This document shows positions 1 through 11,500 of a stretch of 64,000 bases of DNA, piece by piece. Source of the stretch: Macrostomum hystrix (taxonomy: Eukaryota > Animalia > Platyhelminthes). The stretch covers positions 4,278,001 to 4,342,000 of the forward strand of contig CATNEN010000038.1 in assembly GCA_950097015.1 (NCBI GenBank). The letters run 5' to 3'. Each line of letters begins with the position of its first letter. Positions within the stretch are counted from its first letter, which is position 1. Under the pieces are notes generated by a model that was not told where the DNA came from, did not search any database, and saw only the letters and a program-made list of their open reading frames with translations. Made by a program: the position numbers and the translations under genes.

Positions 1-1165
1 TTGATAAAGGAACAGGTAGCAGGATGAAGAGTAGCAAGGGTAGTAAATGAGCCAGAGGAACAGGAGCAATGAATAGGAGAAAAGGAATGGAAAAGAAACA
101 AAAAAGTATATATATTTATATAATATATAGAAACAAACATATTTGTCATTAGTTATTATTCCTAAGAAATATTTTTTGGCAATAATCTAGCTGTCTATGA
201 GCCTATATATATTTGAATATATCTAAGCCATATAAGAATTAATAAATTATTGAATTATTATTTCATGGTTAAAAAATATATATGATAATAAAATTTAAAT
301 ATGTCAGCTTCTAATAAACTATAAATTTTACTTGTGTTGCTGTTTAGCAATAAATATTAATAATAGTACTCATAATAGTAGCTATCACACTATTAGCTTA
401 GGCTTGGGGCTGTGCCTGTTCTTTAACAAGCCTAGCTAGGAAAACATTCTAAATAGCTAATGTCTAGCAGAACATGCTTTTTAGCTAGATTTTTGCTAGA
501 AGCTAGCTATATTTGCTAGCTAAACTTTCTACTATGGTCTGAGCCATGGGGTCTGTTTATAACTATGGCTATAGGCCTATAGCCATCCATTCATATCTAG
601 CTAGGCATAGGTAGGCCAACATTCAATAGCTAGCAAATTATAATTAGCAATAATAGGCCTATAGGAAACAATAATATACAAATAAATTGTAAAGAAACTG
701 TATCGAATCGATTGTATTGATCCTGGTAACTCTATAAAAGAGTCAGTCATTGAAACGATATCTAACAGCATTGATTATATTATATTTAAGCACGTACATT
801 TGTGCCCCATATTAAAGCATTGCATTGACTTTGAAAGCTAAAGCTGCGCGTATCGCTACGCCGCTGCGCGCAGAGAACCGCTTTGAAGGCTCGTGTTGTA
901 ACACAGAATTGGCTTTACAGAGTGTAACACGAGTGGGTACCGTAGGCCTACGAATAGCCAACTTCTAATTTCTTCCAGCATGTGTGTTGATTTCGAATTC
1001 GCGCCAGCTTTGTTTTAAAAGTAATATTTCAACAGGCTATTTCATGAAGCCAAAGGCATATAAAACGACTCTAAGATGCAAAAAGGATCGCGCAAAGGCA
1101 TGTAAACTAAAAATATAACACCGCTTTTCATGCGCAATAACGCGCAAAATATAATTTACATTTAT

Positions 1166-1350
1166 CTGATTCACCGCCGATTCACCGCCTATAATAAAAC
1201 AAAAAATCGCTCTTTTGCCGTCCCGACGAAACGCGCAGTGCTAGAAATTTAGGCGCATCTCTAAATTAACTTGCGCCATCGATTTTATACAGTTTTGGCT
1301 GTTGAAAATTTATTTAAAAAATCGGTGAAATCCAGTGGCGGTGAAATCAG
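1166..1350. mobile_element. Small inverted-repeat element (putative MITE)
   Basis: Left end CTGATTCACCGCC (followed by a second ATTCACCGCC) and right end GGCGGTGAAATCAG are near-perfect inverted repeats around a non-coding interior. No clear TSD. Confidence 0.4.
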
Positions 1351-3299
1351 TACTTAGTCAATTATCGTGGCTGGGTCACGAACATGATTGTGAATTTGAA
1401 CTGGGCCTAATTGTCTTTGACTTTATTACACTGTTGCGTGTAAGAATATAAATTTGTAAGAAAATTATTATTGTCTCATTCGCTGACTGAACGGAAACAG
1501 ACGTAGCAAAAATATGATTATTTAATATAGACACCCTCAGCTCAGCCAGAGCCAGCCTTTAGCCTTGCCCTTGCAGCCCATACTATTTCAAATTCTAATT
1601 AGGCCCTAGACACATTCGTAAGGCACATTTACAAAATGAAAGTCCGTTACTGCAGTTTTGTGTCTATTGCTAGCTTCTATTCTAGAAAAAGTATAGCATA
1701 CACAATACAATAGAATATGTATATCAATGTAGGCCCTATTTCTTTTTATTCTGTACTGTTATAAAAACGTGGACAATTACACAGCCATAGGATAGCCTAA
1801 ATGATGTTTTCCTCTAAAAAAAGAAAATTTGCAAAGCTAGGCCTAGCTTATTTTAATTTTCTACCATCAGATTTTTGCTAATCTTATCAATTATTCTTTC
1901 TAATCTCTTTTACTCAAGATTGACCTGACACTTCACTTGCGCTTGGCTAGTACTTAGTAGGCTCATATGTAGACAATGCAGCTTAGAATTTTCAAATTTT
2001 CAGTCAAATTTAGGTTAGACCTACTCACATAAACTTAACCTTTTCAGTCTTTTAGTTTTTTTCTGGAATGTTTTAAAGTGAATTTGCCACATCTTCTGAA
2101 AATGTTGTACTAAAAATAAAATAGGGGCCTAATAGGCCTAATAAGTTTATATTTTGGCACTTGTATCTATATTATGTTTTGTAGGAGTAGGCCCCTAATA
2201 GGGATTTTTTGACTTATTACCTATATCCTATACTTATTACCTAATTTGTAGGTTGTTGGAAGGCTCAACTTAATTTTCTTTAATTTTAGACAATTTTTTA
2301 TCTGTGATATTATGCACAGACTGGTCAATGAATGTACATTGATTATTGAAACAATTTGATAGGTTGAGGGCTAAAACATGCACTGACACGCAGGTGAGTA
2401 AACACTGCAAGAGTGAGACAGCGCACGAGAGAAAGGGAGTAAGATAACATATAAAGTAAATGAGGTCTAAATCCTAAAAGTGCAACCGCAAACCCAACAG
2501 TAAATTCTCATTTACTTGGTTTTTATGGACTTAAGAGACTGAGGATTTATCAAAATAATATTTAGCAAAAAACAATAGTTTATTTAGTATACTATAAAAT
2601 TAGCAGAAATCTTGTAACTAGAAAATCAGATCTATATTTAAACTATTTGTCCTGACCTTAATTTGTATTAACACAGATAGAAAATATGTTAGAAAGCAGC
2701 AAAACTCTATACTATTCTTTCTAATATAGGACACAGGCTCTATATTTTTTTGCAAGTTCTACATACTGATTTAAAATAGAGTCTTACTTTACTATGAGTG
2801 AGTCAGATCTCAATCTTCACTTCTTGTCCCAAATAGAAGTTTATTATTGTCTTCTCTACTCTCTATTTTTATACCTCAAAATTTATTTAACAAGCACAGA
2901 AGCAATTTAACTTTATCAATTTACTGTAAACATAAAACAGCATTGTAGCTCGTATATTTGCCTCTTCCCTTCTTACTAAGGATATATATCTTGACATGAG
3001 AGATGGGACACAAGTTAAATCTTAAAGATTAGATTAGAACCTTATCCTGATCTTGACTGCTTAAATTTTGGCAATTCGCATAGTATAAACATCGATTTGC
3101 AAGAAGATGGTTAAGCATTAAAAACATTAACATCAAGTTTAAATTATCAAATATAAACTATACATTAAAGTCATGTACAATTTATATATCGTATTGTAAG
3201 GCTTAAATTCAATACCATACCTGAAAATATAATAATAACCAATTTAGAACATCTACCTATGCATAGAAGATCTAACCATACATATTTTAAGGACTACAA

Positions 3300-3611
3300 T
3301 AATTATTTATTTATTTTTTTGATTACACCTGCCCCACTCGGGTCAGATGTGCAGCCAACAGCATAGCCGCAGCTATTGCGCGGCGCATCTGAAGGCTGCG
3401 TATGGCTGTTTAGTCCATGGACTGGGGGATGCCACACCCACCTTAAATTATCCCAGCTAATGCTGGTACCCATTTAACAGCTGGGTGAACTGAAGCAATG
3501 CAGAGTTAAGTGTCTTGCTAAAGGACACAAATTGTTCCAGTGGAGACGGGAATCGAACCCCCGACCTTCAAGTCGTGAGTCCGACGCCCTAACCACTAGG
3601 CTACAACCTCT
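3300..3611 (-). mobile_element. tRNA-derived SINE with CORE-like central domain (copy 1)
   Basis: The minus strand starts with a tRNA-like head (A box TAGCCTAGTGG, B box GGTTCGATTCC). It continues GTGTCCTTTAGCAAGACACTTAACTCTGCATTGCTTCAGTTCACCCAGCTGTTAAATGGG, which resembles the MIR/CORE domain, and ends in an A-rich tail. Related copies at 9430-9700 and 44398-44645. Confidence 0.8.
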
Positions 3612-3770
3612 CACTACAATAATATTTCTTATAAGTAGTTTCAGTAGTTTTTGAATCAAGTTACTTAATATCTATTTCTCTTGACATAGCTATAGCTCAT
3701 ATATTCTATCTACTTATCTCCATTTTACAGCAGTGTAGAAATCAAATGCAAGCACGTGCTTAACAACAGC

Positions 3771-5905
3771 ATGTCACCGAACTTGGCTGTTGGCATGAAC
3801 TACCTGTATCATTCCATATGCTTGTACCTATACTTGCTAGCAACAATTAGTTTGCTTTGCTCAGCTTCTGATCCGCATCAGGGCAGGTGCGAATGGAGCG
3901 AATGGCGCTGCCTAAACAGGCCAGATGGTGTTGGCTGCGTTGCTCAACGCAGTCGCCTCTGTTGCAATGCGACAGTCGGCAACTGTCACTTGGACAGTGT
4001 TGTACACAAGACTCTGTATAGCAGGGCTGAACAGCTAGCCGAAGGTGTCATCTGTCTGCGGCGCGATGTTCTTGGTGGCGGCGATAGCGGCGGCGTTGCT
4101 AGCAGCAGCGGCGGAAGCGCGCCTTCGGTTGTCGCCGAGCACCAAGACGCTTCAATGCTGGCCGATTCGTCATCCACGGCCTCATTCTGCCTGTCTAGGC
4201 CGCAGTTTGACGGCTCGAAATTTCCTCTCCCCGGCTGGTGTCCGTGGACGGCCTGGTCCAGCTGGACTCTAGAGTGCCGGGCAGGCCTAGCCCGCCTGCC
4301 CGCGGATCTGGCTGGGCTCATTGTGCAGTTAAACAATGATACTGACGGTGAGCTGAGAGCCGTGAGCGGCAGCTGCTTTCGTTACTATCTATAAACTGCA
4401 TATAATCTGTGGCTGTGACTGCTGGAAGTTACAGTTACAGACATGTCGCTAATTTGTACAAAACCCATGTCTACCATATTTATTTTCGCTGGCTCTATTG
4501 TAATCCGGGTTACTAAGTTACTAATTCATAATATTAATATAAACGTAGCCTCAAAAAGCAAAAACTGATTAGGATGGCTCGTAATTTGTCAGGTGTAAAT
4601 AATAAACTGCAGTGTATGATAGTAGCTCTGCTCTCTCCTGTTTTGTGAGCAGAATCCCCCCAATGCCAACATTGACATCGCCCCGCCCTGTCTCCCCATG
4701 GCCAGCCTTCAAATACGCCGGTCGCAGTCGTGGCTGCTACTGCCCCGCCAGTCCTGATCCCGACTACACCTGCGACGGCAGCCGACTCGACTGGCGTTTC
4801 AAGCCCCTGCTGCCTGCTGTGTCGCCACCAGAGACCGCAGCGCCGCCTGTCCTCTGCCAGTGGTGCAGCTGGGAGTCCTGGCTGCCCGCCTGCACCTGCC
4901 CCGTGGCTAGCGGCGACCAACCGGCCCCCAGGCGACGTCGGCGCTGTCTGTGCGTTACAGCCGGCGACAAACTGCTGAATGCTACCAGCTTGACTAACTC
5001 AACCGGCACTGGTTTGCAAGCCAGTTGCGGAGACGGCGCCGACCTGCAGATTGCCATCAGCGCCGAGTCCGTCTGTCCGGGCTGCTCGCACCTGCACGCT
5101 AGCTATCAGGTGTCCCAGTTTCTTAACCCGCTGGCTATCGGCTTTGCCGTCTATTTACTAGTGGCGCTGGCCGCCTTCCTGCTCTGCCGATTGTTCTGCG
5201 GAAATCCAAGGCACAGGTGAGACTGATTGGTTACCTGAATCACTAGCTAACATTTTATTTGTTACCTCGTTTTTCTGCTGCTCGTATTGTATCGGTTGCT
5301 ACCCAGATTGCATCGGTTGCTACCCTTATTGAATCGGTTGCTACCCTGATTGAATCGGTTGCTACCTTGCTTGTATCGGTTGCTACCTTGCTTGTATCTG
5401 TTGCTACCTTGCTTGCATCGGTTGCTACCTTGCTTGTATCTGTTGCTACCTTGCTTGCATCGGTTGCTACCTTGCTTGTATCGGTTGCTACCTTGCTTGT
5501 ATCGGTTGCTACCTTGCTTGTATCGTTTGCTACCCAGATTGCATCGGTTGCTACCCAGATTGCCTCGGTTGCTACCCAGTTTGCATCGGTTGCTACCCAG
5601 ATTGCCTCGGTTGCTACCCAGATTGCATCGGTTGCTACCCAGATTGCCTCGGTTGCTACCCAGATTGCATCAGTTGCTACCTTGGATGTATTAGTTTCTA
5701 TACATAGCTACTTTTATTGAACTGAGGACGCGAGTTTCATTTAATTAATCGATTAATGCTGGAAAAAAAATTACTATATTTTTTAGTACTCTTAAAACAC
5801 CTTATGCCATCCAACTTCAGCGATGCCAACAGTCGGGACCAGCTGTCTGTTGATGACTTTCTAGCATCGCCACCCGCCGATGAGCGGCTTACTTCGGCAG
5901 TTTGA
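3771..5905 (+). CDS. Type I membrane protein with thrombospondin type-1-like (WxxWxxW/Cys) repeats and C-terminal PDZ-binding motif
   Basis: Phase-compatible GT-AG exons 3771 (or ATG 3795)-4347, 4706-5216, 5821-5905. Hydrophobic signal peptide, three TSR-like motifs (CEWSEWRC..RSRLC; WCPWTAWSSW..RSRGCYC; CQWCSWESW..RRRRRCLC), TM helix LAIGFAVYLLVALAAFLLC, tail ending ..ERLTSAV*. AATAAA at about 5947. Confidence 0.7.
5289..5682. repeat. 21-bp minisatellite in intron 2 of the TSR gene
   Basis: Tandem GCATCGGTTGCTACCCAGATT / GTATCGGTTGCTACCTTGCTT units. Confidence 0.95.
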
Positions 5906-6699
5906 CGGTCAGGCATTGAAGGCCTGAAGTATTTACTCCGATTAATAATAAAGCACACTTCCTAATTTATGGAAGGTAAAATGCGTGCTTGCTCGCATTT
6001 TTGCTGCATACTACTTACTAGTCAACAGAAGTAGTTTTTCACATTTTTGACGAGTTTTTGTTACCTAGTCTAATCTAGTCTTACTTGATATATTGATTTG
6101 CTTAAACGCTAAGCTAGGATTAAAGCGCAATTTTTTTCTAATATGTTTCCATTAGTTTGCTACTGTATCTACATGGGCAGTAGCATAATAAGCGTATTGA
6201 AAGCCTTATTTTTCCTCTTCGTTTGTATGCTGCTTCCTCTAATGCGCATTAGTCACAGTTGCACTAGTCATTAATTGTCTTTCCACTCTGCTTAGCTTAA
6301 AATTAGATTTTTATTTCTTTGTATGAAATTTCTTATAAACTGTGAATCTCAGCAATGCCAGTTTGTTCGATAAAAATTTCGAGTTAAACATCTGCATTCT
6401 TACATTATGCTAAAAATCAGTGCGTTAAATATATATGAAGCTACCCTGCTGTCCGAAGTATTATGATCTCTTCTACAAGCTGTCTGCATTGTGTTATATT
6501 ATTCTTCATACAACTGAAGCCTGCTTTATTTTAACAAGTAAAATAATGCACAAGCTTAAATTGTTTATTTATATATTGCTTGTCACGTTTTTATCTATAC
6601 TGCCTTATTGATTTAGTGGCTTATTTTCTGCGTTTTCCAATGACAAGTTGAGAAAAATCCTTGCGTATCATAGCCGTAGTTTATCCCTGCCGAATTGCC

Positions 6700-8325
6700 A
6701 TCCAGCCTAATCACAATCGATTCCAGCCTAATCCCGATCGATTCCAGCCTAACCCCGATCGATTCCAGCATAATCTTAATAGATTACAGCCTAATCCCGA
6801 TCGATTCCAGCCTAATCCCAATAGATTCCAGCCTAATCCCGATCGATTCCAGCCTAATCCCGATCAATTCAAACCTAATCCCAATCGATTCAAGCCTAAT
6901 CCCGATCGATTCCAGCCTCATCCTAATCGATTCCAGCCTAATCCCAATCGATTCCAGCCTAATCCCGATCGATTCAAGCCTAATCCCGATCGATTCCAGC
7001 CTCATCCTAATCGATTCCAGCCTAATCCCAATCGATTCCAGCCTAATCCCGATCGATTCCAGCCTAACACAGATCGATTCCAGCCTAATCCCAATCGATT
7101 CAAGCCTAATCCCTATTGATTCCAGCCTAATCCCGATCGATTCCAGGCTTCCAGCCTAACCCCGATCGATTCCAGGCTTCCAGCCTAACCCCGATCGATT
7201 CCAGCCTAACCCCGATCGATTCCAGCCTAACCCCGATCGATTCCAGCCTAATCCCGATCGATTCAAGCCTAATCCCTATCGATTCCAGCAGAATCCCAAT
7301 CAATTCAAACCTAATCTCAATCGATTCCAGCCTAATCCCGATCGATTCCAGCCTAATCCGAATCGATTCCAGCATAATCCCAATCAATTCAAACCTAATC
7401 TCAATCGATTCAAGCCTAATCCCGATCGATTCCAGCCTCATCCTAATCGATTCCAGCCTAATCCCAATCGATTCCAGCCTAACCCCGATCGATTCCAGCC
7501 TAATCCCGATCGATTCCAGCCTAACCCAGAGCGATTCCAGCCTAATCCCAATCGATTCCAGCCTAATCCCGATCGATTCCAGCCTAACCCAGATCGATTC
7601 CAGCCTAATCCCAATCGATTCAAGCCTAATCCCTATCGATTCCAGCCTAATCCCGATCGATTCCAGGCTTCCAGCCTAACCCCGATCGATTCCAGCCTAA
7701 TCCCAATCGATTCCAGCCTAATCTTAATAGATTACAGCCTAATCCCGATCGATTCCAGCCTAATCCCAATCGATTCAAGCCTAATCCCAATCGATTCCAG
7801 CCTAATCCCAATCGATTCCAGCCTAATCCCAATCGATTCCAGCCTAATCCCGATCGATTCCAGCCTAATCCCAATCGATTCCAGCATAATCCCAATCAAT
7901 TCGAACCTAATACCAATCTATTCCAGCCTAAACCCAATAGATTCCAGCCTAATCCCGATCGATTCCAGCCTAATCCCGATCGATTCCAGCCTAATCCCAA
8001 TCGATTCCAGCATAATCCCAATCAATTCAATCCTAATCCCAATCGATTCCAGCCTAATCCCGATCGATTCCAGCCTAATCCTAATCGATTCCAGCATAAT
8101 CCCAATCAATTCAAACCTAATCCCAATCGATTCCAGCCTAATCCCGATCGATTCCAGCCTAATCCCAATCGATTCCAGCATAATCCCAATCAATTCAAAC
8201 CTAATCCCAATCGATTCCAGCCTAATCCCGATCGATTCCAGCCTAATCCCAATCGATTCCAGCATAATCCCAATCAATTCAAACCTAATCCCAATCGATT
8301 CCAGCCTAATCCCAATCGATTCGAG
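6700..8325. repeat. 21-bp minisatellite (intergenic)
   Basis: Tandem AATCCCGATCGATTCCAGCCT units over about 1.6 kb. Confidence 0.95.
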
Positions 8326-8509
8326 CCGAGTTTTTGATCCATTCAGACTAAATCCAAATCGAAGTTAACGATAAAAATGTTTCAAAGTTCATTGCATTAA
8401 AAGTTCGACAACCCTTTGCTAAAGTCGTTTTAACAAGAAAGAATTATTTAATTTTAAATTAAACAAGTCGAATTTTACTCGCCCTCATTCGACTCTTTTC
8501 TGCTTACAG

Positions 8510-11500
8510 GCAGCCAAAGCGGCATCACAGCAGCAGCAGCAGCAGCAGAAGGCTGCAGAACCGACACAGACTGGCACAGATGATGCAGTGCCGATCGACA
8601 AACAGACTCGCGTTGCAGCTGGAAAGGCAGTTCCTTTGCTGGTTAGTGCTTTGCCTTGTTACATCTATGGCCCCTTACTTTCTGACTCAATGACTCACCA
8701 TTCCAACTCACTGTCTCACCCTACCTTCCCACTGTCTCACCCTACCTTCCCACTGTCTCGCCCCACCATCTCACTGTCTCACCCTACCTTCCCACTGTCT
8801 CACCCTACCTTCCCACTGTCTCGCCCCACCATCTCACTGTCTCACCCTACCTTCCCACTGTCTCACCCTACCATCTCACTGTCTCGCCCCACCATCTCAC
8901 TGTCTCACCCTACCTTCCCACTGTCTCACCCTACCTTCCCACTGTCTCACCCTACCTTCCCACTGTCTCGCCCCACCATCTCACTGTCTCACCCTACCAT
9001 CTCACTTCTCGCCCCCGGCCGCGCCCAGTCCGCCCAGTGGATCTCCGAGATGCGCTGCCTGGCGTACACGCCGCCGCCGCCGCCGATGTCCAGCCAGCCA
9101 GCTGAGGACGCGTGGCAGGAGCGCTGCCAGTACTTAGCCGACGATCTTGAAGAATTGTTGCGGCTGCCTCACTGGAGATTCTGGTGCCAGCTGCTCCACG
9201 ACAACTCTGTGTGCGGCGTGATGCTGGACTCTTTTCTGCGCCTAGCACCGCGCTGGTACGACCCGGACTGGTGCCTGTTCAGCCAGCCCGTCAGGGAGAC
9301 TCTGCAGCGACTGCACCGGCTGGCCTTTCTTGTCTGCCTGCGCCTGTCCACCCACAGGGAGTCGGCGGTGAGCTGCCTGAAGCTGGCTGTGGTTTTCCAG
9401 ATTCTTTGGTAGCTGTACAAATGGGTTGTAGGCTTGTAGCCTAGTGGTTAGAGCGTTGGACCCACCTCTTGAAGGTCCGCGGTTCGATTCTTAACTGCAC
9501 TGGAGCAATTAGTGTCCTTTAGCAAGACACTTAACTCTGCGTTGCTTCAGTTCACCCAGCTATTGAATGGGTAGCAGCATCTACTGGCGTAAGTGAGGGT
9601 GGGTGTGGCGTCTCCCCGGTCCATGGACTGAACAGCCGTACGCAGCCTTCAGATAAGCCGCGCAATGGCTGCGGCTGTGCTTTCGGCTGCACATCTAGTA
9701 CAACTGTTTATTATCTGTTATTTATTTTTATTAATTTGCGCAGTAGGAAGCTTGGAGCATTGGTTAGAGCTAGGGACTTTTCACTGAATCGTCACGAGTT
9801 CGAATCTTTACCCAGAGGGAAACATTTTCCTCTTTTATCTGTCCCAATCGAATAAGCTATCCTCGCTGGCAGAGGGGTTAACGCGTTTGCCACTCGCGCC
9901 AAGGTCCCCTGAGCTAGCAGTCACGTGTTTCGCCCGTAACATCCCGCAGACCAGCTGCATCAGCGAGTCGGCCTTCCCTGAGCTGCACAACCGCATCAGC
10001 CTGTTCTCGCCGCCTCGCCTACTCGACATCTGCGCCCTATATTGGCGAGCGAATCAGCCGCTGGTGTCCAAGATGGTGGCCAACCTGTTGCGCAGGCTGC
10101 CAACATTGTCTGCCAACCTGCAGGCCTGCCTGTCTGGCCTGGGCACTCGCATTCTGCGCGATTCTATCGCCGATGATCCAGAAGCTGTTGGTGCCGATCA
10201 GCAGCCGAAGCAGGAGGCGGACAGCTTGAGCCGTCTCACCGATCGGCTTCTGTTCGCGCGTGATGCCATTGAAACGCTGGACGCGCTGGTTGGAGCGGCC
10301 GGCGCGCAGGACTCCGTCATCGCCGGAGCCAGCCTGGAGTCGATCCTGCCCAGACTGTACGAAGCTCTGGTGCCGACCGCCAGGGACCGGCTGTGCGTCA
10401 ATGAGGTCGCCGCCGATGTTGCTAATCTTACTGAGCAACAACGGCTGATTGAGACTGCCAGGCGGGCTGCTCACAGGTCTGTTTTTCGGTGCCTAGCATT
10501 GCTTTTAGCAGTAGAACTACCAAGGGGGATTTTTGTGCTGTTCCTTAATGGAGAAACGCAAGCACACGAAATTTAAGAACACGGCCAAGCAAAAGTAGAC
10601 AAATTTGCTTTAGGGACTCCATAGCCTGCTGGAGGCACCCTGCTGACGGTGCTGACGGCGTCGGGGTGGTGACTGATTGGTTGACAGACTTGGCGAGTGT
10701 CCTGTGGACTATGGTTGAGCGGCGTCCCATATTGAAGCTTAATCAGCAAAATGGGAGAAATTGGCGTCAGGGTGTACATATTCGGCTGTCGTCATTTGTT
10801 GAAGGTCTAGTCTGCATAGAGATGATTCTGGCACATTCGGGTGACGTTCTGAATAAGTTTGAAGGCCTGGCAAGGCCGCACTCAGGCACAGTGCAAATAG
10901 AGGTATGAAATACACTGGCTCTTATGGGATAATCTGACCTTCGGCAAGAAATATTGTTTGCCATGATGATGCGCAACAAAAAGTTGTTTTGTGTTCTTGA
11001 GTTTCGTGTGCTTGCGTTTCTCCGTTCGGGTGCAGAAACAAAATTGTGGGCCGCGGAATTCCCCCTTCGTACTGTCAAAATAGCTACTGCCAGTAGGCTA
11101 GTTAGAGTATGATCATAGAGCCGCCTAGTCCTGATGCTTAGAACTCTGACTAAAACTACGAGCTAGTTTAGTTAGTGCAAAACATTTTCAGTTATTTATG
11201 ACTTGATTGACAGGCTGCACACCCTCTGCCTGTCGCTCTATCATCGCCTGTGGCTGGCTTGTCCTGAATCGCAGACTGAGCGGGCTCACAACCTGCTGAT
11301 GTCGCTGTCCCAGCTGGTGCACTGCCGTAGGTTCCTGGCCGAATTAGAGGCAGCTTATGGCATTGCTGAAGAGCTGAAGCGTCTGCGGACAGTGTAAGTG
11401 CCTCAATCATCCCAAATCCTCAGATTATGGTCATTATCATCCCAGGTCCTCAGATTGTGATCATAATCATGCCAGATCCTCAAATTGTGGCTATTATCTT

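Noticed and set aside
3540-3611. tRNA gene (also 9430-9495, 9745-9812, 52630-52670)
   Set aside because: A/B boxes are present but there is no complete cloverleaf. These are SINE heads or decayed fragments.
5259-8277. Long repetitive ORFs (SVATQIA, QPNPDRF, LESIGIR)
   Set aside because: Translations of 21-bp minisatellites; intronic or intergenic, and open in several frames.
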